Shown here one piece after another: positions 48,791 to 57,323 of a stretch of DNA of 64,000 bases. A program made the position numbers and the translations under genes. Every line of letters begins with the position of its first letter. The stretch's first letter is position 1. The DNA comes from Clostridia bacterium (GTDB taxonomy: Bacteria > Bacillota > Clostridia > Oscillospirales > Acutalibacteraceae). Where the stretch lies: contig JAKSQM010000006.1 of assembly GCA_024404115.1 (NCBI GenBank), positions 24,394 through 88,393 of the forward strand. Direction: 5' to 3'. A model generated the notes under the pieces. The model saw nothing but the letters and a program-made list of their open reading frames with translations, had not been told where the DNA came from and searched no databases.

Positions 48791-48794
48791 AAAG

Positions 48795-49394
48795 TTAAAT
48801 CTCACTTCTGCCCTCAATTGCCCTTGTGAGAGTGATTTCGTCGGCATATTCAAGGTCTGCACCAACGGGAACACCGTATGCAAGGCGTGTAACCTTAATG
48901 CCAAGCGGCTTAATAAGCCTTGAAATATACATGGCGGTTGCTTCACCCTCAACAGTGGGGTTGGTTGCCATGATGATTTCTTTTAAATTCTCATCACTGA
49001 GCCTTGATAAAAGCTGTTTCACAGTTATATCGTCAGGTCCTATGTTGTTCATAGGTGAAATTGAGCCGTGAAGCACATGATAAAGACCGTTGTATTCTCT
49101 GGTTCTTTCAAAAGCCATAACATCCTTTGTGTTTTCAACAACACAGATTACGGATGAATCACGCTTTTCATCACTGCACACAGCGCATTTCTCGCCGTCT
49201 GTTAAATCACAGCAGACACTGCACCTGTGAATTTTATCGTGAGCATTTTTTATAGTGTCTGTAAAATATTTTATCTGCGCATCATTCATGTTAAGAATGT
49301 GAAAGGCAAGCTTCTGCGCACTTTTGTTGCCTATGCCAGGCAATCTCTCGAATAATTCAATAAGTCTTGCCAGTGGCGCCGCTGAATTAGCCAT
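48795..49394 (-). CDS. recR: Recombination protein RecR
   Basis: It has a C4 zinc finger (CSVCCDLT..CAVC) and a Toprim region. Length is 199 aa. Confidence 0.9.
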   Translation of the reverse strand: MANSAAPLARLIELFERLPGIGNKSAQKLAFHILNMNDAQIKYFTDTIKNAHDKIHRCSVCCDLTDGEKCAVCSDEKRDSSVICVVENTKDVMAFERTREYNGLYHVLHGSISPMNNIGPDDITVKQLLSRLSDENLKEIIMATNPTVEGEATAMYISRLIKPLGIKVTRLAYGVPVGADLEYADEITLTRAIEGRSEI

Positions 49395-49395
49395 A

Positions 49396-49728
49396 TCAGA
49401 AAAGGCCGGGGATTGAAAGACCGCCCTTGGCTTTCTCTATACCCTGCTCCATTGCGTCGTTTGCCTTTTTGATGCTCTCGTTAAGAGCGGCAATGAGGAG
49501 ATCCTCAAGCATCTCAATCTCTTCGGGGTCAACAACGTCTGGCTCCATTTTAATTGAAAGGATTTCGTGTGAGCCGTTTACAGTAACCTCAACTGCTCCG
49601 CCGCCTGCTGATGCTGTGAATTCAGAAGCCTCAACTTCTTTCTGGATGTTTTCCATATCCTCCTGCATCTGCTGGATTCTTTTCATCATATTGCCCTGAT
49701 TTGCTGCACCGGGGATTCTTGCTTTCAT
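49396..49728 (-). CDS. ybaB: Nucleoid-associated protein YbaB/EbfC
   Basis: 110 aa. It lies between dnaX and recR, and the sequence MMKRIQQMQEDME...GGGAVEVTVNG is typical of the family. Confidence 0.85.
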   Translation of the reverse strand: MKARIPGAANQGNMMKRIQQMQEDMENIQKEVEASEFTASAGGGAVEVTVNGSHEILSIKMEPDVVDPEEIEMLEDLLIAALNESIKKANDAMEQGIEKAKGGLSIPGLF

Positions 49729-49747
49729 AATAATTACGTCCTTTCGG

Positions 49748-51352
49748 TTAATTGTTTATTTTTTTTATAAGGTCTGCAAGTGGGTCTTTTTTAACCGCAC
49801 CTGCGTCATTGCTTCTGTAAATTCCAAGTCTGTAACGCTGACCTGTTACTTTTGTAACAGCCTCTCTCAAAGCGGAAGCGTGAAGCGGAATTTTAATAAA
49901 CTGAGGGAAAGTGGGGTTATCGCACTTAATAAGAAGATGCTCGCCCCTTATGAATGCTGATGAGCCTTTGAGAATGCCCATAAGCGGAACATCAGATTTT
50001 GAAAGTGAAGCGATAACATCGCCCCAGCTGCCAAGTGGAACATCACCTGAGGGAGCGGTTCTGTTAAGAGGCTCCTGCGGTGGAGGTGGTGGTGCCATTT
50101 CTTCTGTAGCTTTCGGCTCTTCTTTAACGCTTTGCTGTGCTGGAGCTTCTGCCGCCTTTTTAGCTGGTGCAGGCTCTGCCGATTTAATTGCAACGCCATT
50201 CTTCAACTGCTCTTCAATTTTTTCAATTCTTGCAATAATATCTGAGTTATCGCTTGAAGCTACAGCTGAAACAGACGGATTACAAAGGCGCACAACTGTC
50301 ATTTCAGTTTCTATTCTTTTATTTATGCTGTTTTTAAGTGAAACAAGTGCCTTTTCAATAACAGAAAGGCTGTTGAGGATAGTTTCGAGCTTAAACTTCT
50401 CAGTCTGCTCCTTGTATCTTTTCATATCCTCATCAACGCAGATAATTAGCTCATAGGGATTTTTAACTGTTTTAACAATAAGCAGATTTCTGAAATGATT
50501 AAGCATATCAGAGCAAAGTCGCTCCATATCACATGAATCATTGTGCAGGTCGTTGACGATTGAAAGAGCCTGCGAAGTATCTTTTTGATTTATAGCATCA
50601 ATAAGAGAGAAAAGTCTTTCTCTGCCTGCAAGACCTGCGGCGGCACTGACATCGTCTGCACCGATTTTTCCGCCTGCGCCAGAGCATCTGTCTAAAAGAG
50701 AAAGCGCATCTCTCAACGCACCGTCTGCCACCCTTGCAATAAGAAAAGCGGCGTCGGGCTCAATTTCAATGCCCTCCTGCTCAGCAACATACTGAACACG
50801 CTTTGCAATAGCTTCGGGAGTGATTCTTTTGAAATCAAAACGCTGGCATCTTGAAAGAATGGTTGAGGGGATTTTGTGAACCTCAGTTGTGGCGAGGATG
50901 AACTTAACATGAGCAGGTGGCTCTTCAAGCGTTTTAAGCAGGGCATTGAATGCGCCTGTTGAAAGCATATGAACCTCGTCAATAATATAAACCCTGTATT
51001 TTGCATTAACAGGTGTGAAGTTTGATTCGTCAATAATATCTCTGATGTTGTCAACACCGTTGTTGCTGGCGGCGTCAAGCTCAATAACATCAAGAATAGA
51101 GCCGTCATCTATACCTTTGCAAACGGCGCACTCGTTGCACGGGTTGCCGTTAACGGGGTTAAGGCAGTTGACAGCTTTTGCAAAGATTTTTGCGCAGGTG
51201 GTTTTGCCCGTGCCCCTTGAACCTGTGAAAAGGTAGGCATGGGATACTTTACCTGATTCTATTTCGTTGGCAAGTGTGGATGTAATATGTTCCTGCCCTG
51301 CAACATCTCTGAATGCACGGGGACGCCACTTTCTGTAAAGTACCTGATACAA
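49748..51352 (-). CDS. dnaX: DNA polymerase III subunit gamma/tau
   Basis: From the TTG at 51352 the product reads (M)YQVLYRKWRPRAFRDVAGQEHI and includes GSRGTGKTT. The ORF-track extension to 51544 runs through the SRP RNA gene and I reject it. Confidence 0.9.
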   Translation of the reverse strand: MYQVLYRKWRPRAFRDVAGQEHITSTLANEIESGKVSHAYLFTGSRGTGKTTCAKIFAKAVNCLNPVNGNPCNECAVCKGIDDGSILDVIELDAASNNGVDNIRDIIDESNFTPVNAKYRVYIIDEVHMLSTGAFNALLKTLEEPPAHVKFILATTEVHKIPSTILSRCQRFDFKRITPEAIAKRVQYVAEQEGIEIEPDAAFLIARVADGALRDALSLLDRCSGAGGKIGADDVSAAAGLAGRERLFSLIDAINQKDTSQALSIVNDLHNDSCDMERLCSDMLNHFRNLLIVKTVKNPYELIICVDEDMKRYKEQTEKFKLETILNSLSVIEKALVSLKNSINKRIETEMTVVRLCNPSVSAVASSDNSDIIARIEKIEEQLKNGVAIKSAEPAPAKKAAEAPAQQSVKEEPKATEEMAPPPPPQEPLNRTAPSGDVPLGSWGDVIASLSKSDVPLMGILKGSSAFIRGEHLLIKCDNPTFPQFIKIPLHASALREAVTKVTGQRYRLGIYRSNDAGAVKKDPLADLIKKINN

Positions 51353-51371
51353 AAAATCATTCCAAACATAA

Positions 51372-51536
51372 AAAAATAGAGCGTTACCTTTATCATGCAG
51401 CATGCAGGCGGGCTGTGGCGCACAGTGCAGACCGTTTAATGCTGCTCGGTTCCCCGCCTGACATGGTTCACGGCGCCCCGTCGCACAGGACCTACACGCC
51501 ACATGATAAAAGTAACGCTCCGCATGGGTTGTTACT
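51372..51536 (-). ncRNA. ffs: Signal recognition particle RNA (ffs / scRNA)
   Basis: The minus strand contains GAACCAUGUCAGGCGGGGAACCGAGCAGCAUUAA, the conserved domain IV motif with a GGAA tetraloop. A 19-bp closing helix pairs GAGCGUUACUUUUAUCAUG with CAUGAUAAAGGUAACGCUC and is followed by a U-run. The position directly upstream of dnaX is typical for Firmicutes. The ends are approximate. Confidence 0.85.
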
Positions 51537-51542
51537 CTATTC

Positions 51543-51571
51543 ATTATACTATATTATTATAAAATTATCAA
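51543..51571 (-). promoter_or_regulatory. Promoter TTGATA-17-TATAAT for the SRP RNA
   Basis: On the minus strand, TTGATA (51571..51566) and TATAAT (51548..51543) are separated by 17 nt. Confidence 0.65.
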
Positions 51572-51584
51572 TAGAAAAAATGCA

Positions 51585-51623
51585 AAAAAATAAAAAATTT
51601 AGGGTTGCGGAGAATCGCAACCC
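51585..51623 (-). terminator. Rho-independent terminator of the 185 aa hypothetical gene
   Basis: On the minus strand, GGGTTGCG-N6-CGCAACCC is followed by TAAATTTTTTATTTTTTT. Confidence 0.8.
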
Positions 51624-51633
51624 ATAAACTGTA

Positions 51634-52191
51634 TCAATACTGAAATTCACACTTAGCGATAAGTGATTCAACATAGCTGACGGTGTTTGAATAAATACTC
51701 TCGCCCAATGAAATAAGAAGCTCGTTTTTGGCACTTCCGCAAAGCTTTGCAAACTCTTTGCCAATTGCATTTTTCACTTCACCGAATTTGTTGATTGCAA
51801 TTATATAAAATGAAAATGCCGCACCGTCTGCAATATTATTATAATACCCTTTTTCGTTCTCTTTAAGATAATCATACAAAGCTTTTTGAATTGTATCTTT
51901 CAGATGAACATCGGGGATATTGTTTTTAACAACGGTTTCGCACAGAAATGTAATAAGTACCCTTGATTGATAAAGCACACTTGCCGTCATCTCTTTTGAC
52001 GGAACGGTGATGTTAAGCCCCTCGTCTGTGGGCTTAATCCCTGCAAGGAAAGCACCCAGCTTCTCTGCTTTCTCTTCATTGCCGTTTAAACGGTTAAAAT
52101 CAATACTTTTTACAAGATGCTCAAATTCAGAAATTTCTGATGAATTTTTTGAATGGTAGATTTTAATATCTCGGTCAATTTCTGCGCTCAT
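51634..52191 (-). CDS. Hypothetical protein (185 aa, helical, no family recognised)
   Basis: A clean ORF that is co-directional and closely spaced (18 nt) with the upstream PHP gene and has its own terminator. Confidence 0.55.
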   Translation of the reverse strand: MSAEIDRDIKIYHSKNSSEISEFEHLVKSIDFNRLNGNEEKAEKLGAFLAGIKPTDEGLNITVPSKEMTASVLYQSRVLITFLCETVVKNNIPDVHLKDTIQKALYDYLKENEKGYYNNIADGAAFSFYIIAINKFGEVKNAIGKEFAKLCGSAKNELLISLGESIYSNTVSYVESLIAKCEFQY

Positions 52192-52209
52192 TTAAAAACC
52201 TCTTCTGCC

Positions 52210-53088
52210 TTATTCAGTGGTTGCCGCAGCCGCCGCAGCTGCCTGCTTCTGCTTTCTTTTCAGCCTTGCTTTGTAGCTGATAAGCTCAGAAAGCTGCTTG
52301 TCGGGTGTCTGGTAACTGCCGAGGGTTACACGGTTTGTGTTGAATCTGCCGTGGAAATCACTTCCGCCAACTGAAAGAAGCTTTTTCTTCTTTGCATATG
52401 CTGCAAGGTAAGCTGTCTGCTCCTCGTCATGTTCAGGTGTCCATACCTCAATGCCGTCAATGCCTGCATCAACAAGCTTTTCCATAATGGCATATGATGA
52501 ATACTTGCCTGGGTGAGCTAAAACAGCGATTCCGCCAGCTTCGTGAATAGCTTTGAGCACCTCAATGCTGTCTTCAAAAGTGGGGCGAACAACAAAGCTT
52601 CTTGCAGTTTTGCCAAAAAGCTTTCTGTAAAGGTCGCAGTTAATTGATGTTTCAATTCCGCTCTCAACAAGAGCCGCCATAATGTGAACAGTGTAAACAT
52701 TTGTTGAGCCCTGAGCACATTTCAGCACCAAATCAGGTGTAATGGGATATCTCTGCGCAGTTTTAAGCATCATATACTGAGCTGCCTTTTTGCGGGCAAC
52801 AAGATTTCTGTGGCAAAGACCCTCAAGTCTGTCTGGTGAATCGCTCATGTAGCAGAGAAGGTGAACCTCTTCCTGTGTCTCTGAATCGGTAGATGAAATC
52901 TCAACGCCGTGGATGACATTTACATTATGTCTGTCTCCGATAACCTTAGCTCTGATGTTGCCTGCCATACAGTCGTGGTCGGTGATAGCAATTGTACCTA
53001 ATCCCTGCTTCTTTGCGAGGATTACAATATCCTCAATACCCATTGAACCGTCTGAAAGTTTAGTATGGCAATGTAAATCTGCTGACAA
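52210..53088 (-). CDS. PHP-domain metal-dependent phosphoesterase (TrpH/YciV-like)
   Basis: The N-terminus reads ADLHCHTKLSDGS, with later segments ITDHD and GGSDFHG. The start codon is TTG and follows GAGGGAGG. Confidence 0.8.
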   Translation of the reverse strand: MSADLHCHTKLSDGSMGIEDIVILAKKQGLGTIAITDHDCMAGNIRAKVIGDRHNVNVIHGVEISSTDSETQEEVHLLCYMSDSPDRLEGLCHRNLVARKKAAQYMMLKTAQRYPITPDLVLKCAQGSTNVYTVHIMAALVESGIETSINCDLYRKLFGKTARSFVVRPTFEDSIEVLKAIHEAGGIAVLAHPGKYSSYAIMEKLVDAGIDGIEVWTPEHDEEQTAYLAAYAKKKKLLSVGGSDFHGRFNTNRVTLGSYQTPDKQLSELISYKARLKRKQKQAAAAAAATTE

Positions 53089-53210
53089 AAAAATCCCTCC
53101 CTCAAGGAAAATAAAAAATAATTCCCTAAAATATCATTTTAAGAAGATTATACATTATTTTTGTAGTAAAATCAAGGGTTTGCGGGATTTTTTTGCTTCA
53201 GAAAAGGCGA

Positions 53211-54134
53211 TTAAAAGACGCTTTCAATGACCTTCGGGCACCTGTCCGGGGAATAAATCCAGTGGTCAATATGGTCGCTTTCTGTATAATATTTAATTTG
53301 CGGATTTGGGTATTCTGCATCAAAGGAATCAACAATAATCAGCTTGATTTTCATTCTTTCTGGCACAATACTTTTTATATAAACACCTGCATAGCTGCCT
53401 GCCTGAATTCCTGGGGCATACTCTGCAAGACCTGCAAGGTTTGGCGCAAGCTCAACAAAAATTCCATAATTCTCAATGGAGCGGACAATACCAGGCACAG
53501 TTTCCCCGGGGGTGAATTCACCTGCATTCTGCTCCCATGTACCAAGCAATTCCTTGTGGCTGAAAGTGAGCCTGCCCATATCGTCGCAGGATTTCACAAT
53601 AACCTTAATCATCTGCCCTGTTGAGAATCTTACGCTGGGGTGCGGTATTCTTGAAACTGAAATGCTGTCAATTGGCAAAAGTCCGTTTATGCCTGCGCCG
53701 ATGTCAAGAAAAACGCCGAAGCTTTCCATATGCGCAACCCTTGCTTTAATAACATCACCGCTTTTCAGCTTTGAAACATATTGCTCCATGCAATCCTGCT
53801 GAACGCTCTTTCTTGAAAGAATGGCGTATTCTCTGCCGTTATCGTCAAAGCTGAATCCTGTAATTCTGAATGTTACAGGTTTATTCACCCTTGAAATAAG
53901 AGCAATATCTCTCACAGAGCCGTCATCAATGCCGATTGCGCCCTCGTTGTGGGGGATGATGCCATACATACAGCCAAGGTCAACCTTTAAGTTGTGCTCT
54001 CTGTCGCAAAGGAGGGCACGGGATTCAAGAATTGTCCCTGCATAGCAGGCTTCTCTCAGCGACGCAGGGGATTCCATAGCATCTCTGTTTGATTTTTCAC
54101 CGATAAGCTGTCCTTCTGGTTTAAAGATATTCAT
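53211..54134 (-). CDS. S1 RNA-binding domain protein (three S1-like repeats)
   Basis: Repeats read GDVIKARVAHMESFGVFLDIG and GETVPGIVRSIENYGIFVELA. I prefer the ATG at 54134 (MNIFKPEG), which follows AAAGGTGG. Confidence 0.75.
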   Translation of the reverse strand: MNIFKPEGQLIGEKSNRDAMESPASLREACYAGTILESRALLCDREHNLKVDLGCMYGIIPHNEGAIGIDDGSVRDIALISRVNKPVTFRITGFSFDDNGREYAILSRKSVQQDCMEQYVSKLKSGDVIKARVAHMESFGVFLDIGAGINGLLPIDSISVSRIPHPSVRFSTGQMIKVIVKSCDDMGRLTFSHKELLGTWEQNAGEFTPGETVPGIVRSIENYGIFVELAPNLAGLAEYAPGIQAGSYAGVYIKSIVPERMKIKLIIVDSFDAEYPNPQIKYYTESDHIDHWIYSPDRCPKVIESVF

Positions 54135-54190
54135 AGTTTTACCACCTTTGTTTTTTATATTTATATGCGTTCTCAGCATTTTTATATTCA

Positions 54191-54256
54191 TTGTAAAAAA
54201 ATAAGTAGATTTTTTATAATTATGTGTTATAATAGCTATGATTATGCTGGTATAAT
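54191..54256 (+). promoter_or_regulatory. Promoter region with several -10 elements for the DUF951-prfA unit
   Basis: TTGTAA-18-TATAAT spans 54191..54220. Extended -10 elements TGTTATAAT (54225..54233) and TGGTATAAT (54248..54256) follow. I cannot tell which is used. Confidence 0.4.
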
Positions 54257-54283
54257 AGGATTTTTTCGGAAAAGAGGGATAAT

Positions 54284-54472
54284 ATGGATGTAAGAAACGG
54301 TGATATTCTTGTAATGAAAAAGAATCACCCCTGCGGAAACAATCAGTTTCTTGTTCTGCGTTCTGGCATGGATTTTAAAATCAGATGCCTTTCCTGCTCA
54401 AGGGAGGTTATGGTCCCACGAGTTAAAGCCGAAAAGAATATTAAAAAGATTATAAGAGATGGTGAGCAGTAG
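54284..54472 (+). CDS. DUF951 family small protein (YyzM-like)
   Basis: 62 aa. The sequence reads GDILVMKKNHPCG...FKIRCLSCSREVMVPR. Confidence 0.7.
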   Translation: MDVRNGDILVMKKNHPCGNNQFLVLRSGMDFKIRCLSCSREVMVPRVKAEKNIKKIIRDGEQ

Positions 54473-54511
54473 CGTTGTTCAACGAAATCAATTTAAGAAA
54501 GGAAATGAATT

Positions 54512-55585
54512 ATGCTTGATAAGCTTGCCGCAATTGAAGAAAAATTTGAACAGATAAACACACAGCTTTTTGATCCCGATATTGTTTCAGATATTGATAA
54601 ATACAAAAAGCTTATGCAGGATGTAAAACATCTGACACCGATAGTTGAAAAATACCGTGAATACAAAACCGCTCAGAGTAATTACGATGAGGCAAAGGGA
54701 CTTCTTGACGCTGGCGGACTTGATAAAGACTTCCGTGAAATGGCTCTTGAAGAGATGGAAGAAAGCTCTGCTTTGATTGAAAAGACAAAGGAAGAGCTTA
54801 AAATTTTGCTTCTTCCCAGAGATCCCAATGATGACAAGAATGTTATTGTTGAAATCCGTGGCGGTGCAGGCGGTGAAGAATCTGCACTTTTTGCAAATTC
54901 CCTTTTCAGAATGTATTCAATGTATGCTGAAACAAAGGGATGGAAGCCAGATATTCTCTCTGCAAACCCCACTGAGCTTGGTGGATATAAAGAAATCAGC
55001 TTTATGATTGAGGGCGACGGTGCATATTCACGCTTTAAATTTGAAAGCGGTGTTCACCGAGTTCAGCGTGTTCCCGAAACTGAATCACAGGGAAGAATTC
55101 ACACCTCAACTGTTACAGTTGCCGTTTTGCCCGAAGCGCAGGAGGTTGATATTGACATCAACCCCACCGATTTGCAGATAGACACCTTCCGCTCCAGCGG
55201 TGCAGGCGGTCAGCACATTAACAAAACAGAGTCGGCTATCAGAATCACTCACCTGCCAACAGGCACAGTTGTTGAATGTCAGGATGAGCGAAGCCAGCAC
55301 AAAAATAAAGATAAGGCGATGAAAATTCTTCGTTCAAGAATCCTTGAAGCCGAGCGTGAAAAGCAAAACAGCGAAATCGCAGGCGAGCGCAAGGCGCAGG
55401 TTGGCACGGGCGACAGAAGCGAAAGAATCAGAACCTATAACTACCCTCAGGGCAGAGTAAGCGACCACAGAATCGGTCTTACTCTTTATAAGCTTGAGGC
55501 TATATTAAACGGCGACCTTGATGAGCTTATTGATGCACTTATTACGGCAGACACTGCTGAAAAGCTCAAGGCTGACGGTGAATAA
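54512..55585 (+). CDS. prfA: Peptide chain release factor 1
   Basis: A PxT-type region and the GGQ motif ([11 protein letters not shown]) are present. Length is 357 aa. Confidence 0.95.
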   Translation: MLDKLAAIEEKFEQINTQLFDPDIVSDIDKYKKLMQDVKHLTPIVEKYREYKTAQSNYDEAKGLLDAGGLDKDFREMALEEMEESSALIEKTKEELKILLLPRDPNDDKNVIVEIRGGAGGEESALFANSLFRMYSMYAETKGWKPDILSANPTELGGYKEISFMIEGDGAYSRFKFESGVHRVQRVPETESQGRIHTSTVTVAVLPEAQEVDIDINPTDLQIDTFRSSGAGGQHINKTESAIRITHLPTGTVVECQDERSQHKNKDKAMKILRSRILEAEREKQNSEIAGERKAQVGTGDRSERIRTYNYPQGRVSDHRIGLTLYKLEAILNGDLDELIDALITADTAEKLKADGE

Positions 55586-55601
55586 TCGGAGCAAGCACGA
55601 A

Positions 55602-57182
55602 ATGAATACTCGTATTTTTAATTCAACAGATAAAAAAGAAATTGATGAGGCGGCGGCTTTGCTGAAAGAGGGAAAGCTGGTTGCCATTCCAACAGAAACT
55701 GTTTACGGTCTTGCGGCAGATGCACTTAACCCCAAGGCGGTTGCAGATATATTTAAAGCCAAGGGCAGACCGCAGGATAATCCGCTGATTGTGCATATAA
55801 GCGAATTCAGTGAAATCTATCCCCTTGTAAAAGAAGTTCCCGACAACGCAAAGGCTCTTGCAGAGAAATTCTGGCCGGGTCCTCTTACAATAATTCTGCC
55901 AAAGTCAGATATTATCCCAGATGAAGTCAGCGCAGGACTTGCCACTGTTGCGGTGAGGATGCCGTCCCACCCTGTTGCAAGGGCAATTATAAAATCCGCA
56001 GGTGTTCCGCTGGCGGCACCCAGTGCAAATTCCTCAGGACTTCCCAGCCCCACAAAGGCAGAGCACGTTATTGACGATATGATGGGCAAAATTGAGGGCA
56101 TTGTTGACGGCGGTGAATGTGCTGTTGGCGTTGAGTCAACTGTTATCACTCTTGCCACAAATCCACCAAGGCTTCTTCGTCCGGGTGGAATAACTCCCGA
56201 ACAGCTCCGCTCTGTTTTGGGCGAAATTGAAATTGATTCCGCTGTTACAAATAAGCTTAAAGAGGGCGCAGTTGCCGCTTCCCCAGGTATGAAATATAAG
56301 CATTATTCCCCGAAAGCGGAGGTATATATTGTAAAAGGCACTTTCAGCTCTTTCAGATGCTTCACAGATGAAGTTATGGCAGAGGGCGATTATGCAGTTT
56401 GCTTTGATGGCGAAGAAAAAAATCTTAAACTCCCCTGCTTCTGCTATGGCAGTGAGGATTCCCCCTCTCAGCAGGCACAAAAGCTCTTTGCAATTTTAAG
56501 GGATGCCGATAAAAAAGGAGCAAAGAGAGTTTTTGTCAGATGCCCCTCAATGGAGGGCGTAGGTCTTGCCGTTTATAACAGGCTTATAAGAGCCGCCGCA
56601 TTCAGAGTTATCAATGTTCCCGAAATTATCGGTCTTACAGGTCAGACGGGTGCAGGTAAAACAACCGTTGCCGAGCTTCTTAAAGAAAAGGGCGGTTATG
56701 TTATTGATTGCGATATTGCCGCACGAAAAATTGTTGAAAAAGGTTCACCTGTTATTGAAAAGTTAAAAGAAGCATTTGGCGAAGATATTGTTTTTGAAAA
56801 TGGCGAGCTTAACAGAAAGGCTCTTGCAAAAAAAGCGTTTTCAACAGAGGAGAACGAAAAGCTTCTTAATAAAATCACTCACCCTGCAATAACGGAGCTT
56901 GTGAGAAAAGATATTATCGAAAACAAAGATAATTTCCCGTTTTTTGCGGTTGATGCGGCTTTGCTTTTTGAAAGTGAAATTTATGATTACTGCAACAGAA
57001 CAATTGTTGTCTGTGCAGATGAAAACATCAGACTTCAGCGGATTATGAGCCGTGATTCCATAAGTCGTGAAGAGGCACTTTTAAGAATAAATGCCCAGCC
57101 CAGTGAGCAATACTATTTAAGTAAAGCCGATGTTGTTGTTAAGAATAACGGCGGTGAAATCATCCTTGCAGATTTATTTTAA
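55602..57182 (+). CDS. Fusion protein: L-threonylcarbamoyladenylate synthase (Sua5/TsaC type) plus dephospho-CoA kinase (CoaE)
   Basis: The N-terminal YrdC domain reads LVAIPTETVYGLAADA and is followed by a Sua5 C-terminal domain. From about aa 340 the sequence reads IIGLTGQTGAGKTTVAELL...ITHP...DAALLFE, typical of CoaE. The reading frame is uninterrupted across the junction near 56620. Confidence 0.8.
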   Translation: MNTRIFNSTDKKEIDEAAALLKEGKLVAIPTETVYGLAADALNPKAVADIFKAKGRPQDNPLIVHISEFSEIYPLVKEVPDNAKALAEKFWPGPLTIILPKSDIIPDEVSAGLATVAVRMPSHPVARAIIKSAGVPLAAPSANSSGLPSPTKAEHVIDDMMGKIEGIVDGGECAVGVESTVITLATNPPRLLRPGGITPEQLRSVLGEIEIDSAVTNKLKEGAVAASPGMKYKHYSPKAEVYIVKGTFSSFRCFTDEVMAEGDYAVCFDGEEKNLKLPCFCYGSEDSPSQQAQKLFAILRDADKKGAKRVFVRCPSMEGVGLAVYNRLIRAAAFRVINVPEIIGLTGQTGAGKTTVAELLKEKGGYVIDCDIAARKIVEKGSPVIEKLKEAFGEDIVFENGELNRKALAKKAFSTEENEKLLNKITHPAITELVRKDIIENKDNFPFFAVDAALLFESEIYDYCNRTIVVCADENIRLQRIMSRDSISREEALLRINAQPSEQYYLSKADVVVKNNGGEIILADLF

Positions 57183-57323
57183 ACTGCGAAAAACAAAAAT
57201 AATGTCATATTTGCAGTTGCGACAAAAATTTTCTGCAAAAAATTATATAATTCGTGTTACATAAAAAATGCGGCTCAGCCGTTAATATAAAAAAGCCGAA
57301 TTTTCGGCAGAATGGAGAATATT

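Noticed and set aside
48570-48794. Possible oriC (DnaA-box cluster) in the spacer upstream of dnaN.
   Set aside because: I found no TTATCCACA or TGTGGATAA with 1 mismatch or fewer on either strand, and no obvious AT-rich unwinding 13-mers. The repeated motif there is TTGTCAAAA instead.
49911-50456. 181 aa plus-strand ORF.
   Set aside because: It lies antisense to the low-complexity tau linker of dnaX, and the Ser/Ala/Gly-rich product is an artefact.
51353-51544. N-terminal 64-codon extension of dnaX in the ORF track (MNRVTTHAERYFYHVACRS...).
   Set aside because: This stretch is the SRP RNA gene. The conserved DnaX N-terminus (YQVLYRKWRP) begins at the TTG at 51352.
54135-54283. Possible replication origin at the divergent AT-rich spacer where gene orientation switches from mostly minus to plus.
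   Set aside because: No DnaA-box-like 9-mers were seen and dnaA is not adjacent. The spacer is explained by back-to-back promoters. A GC-skew calculation on the full genome would be needed to revisit this.
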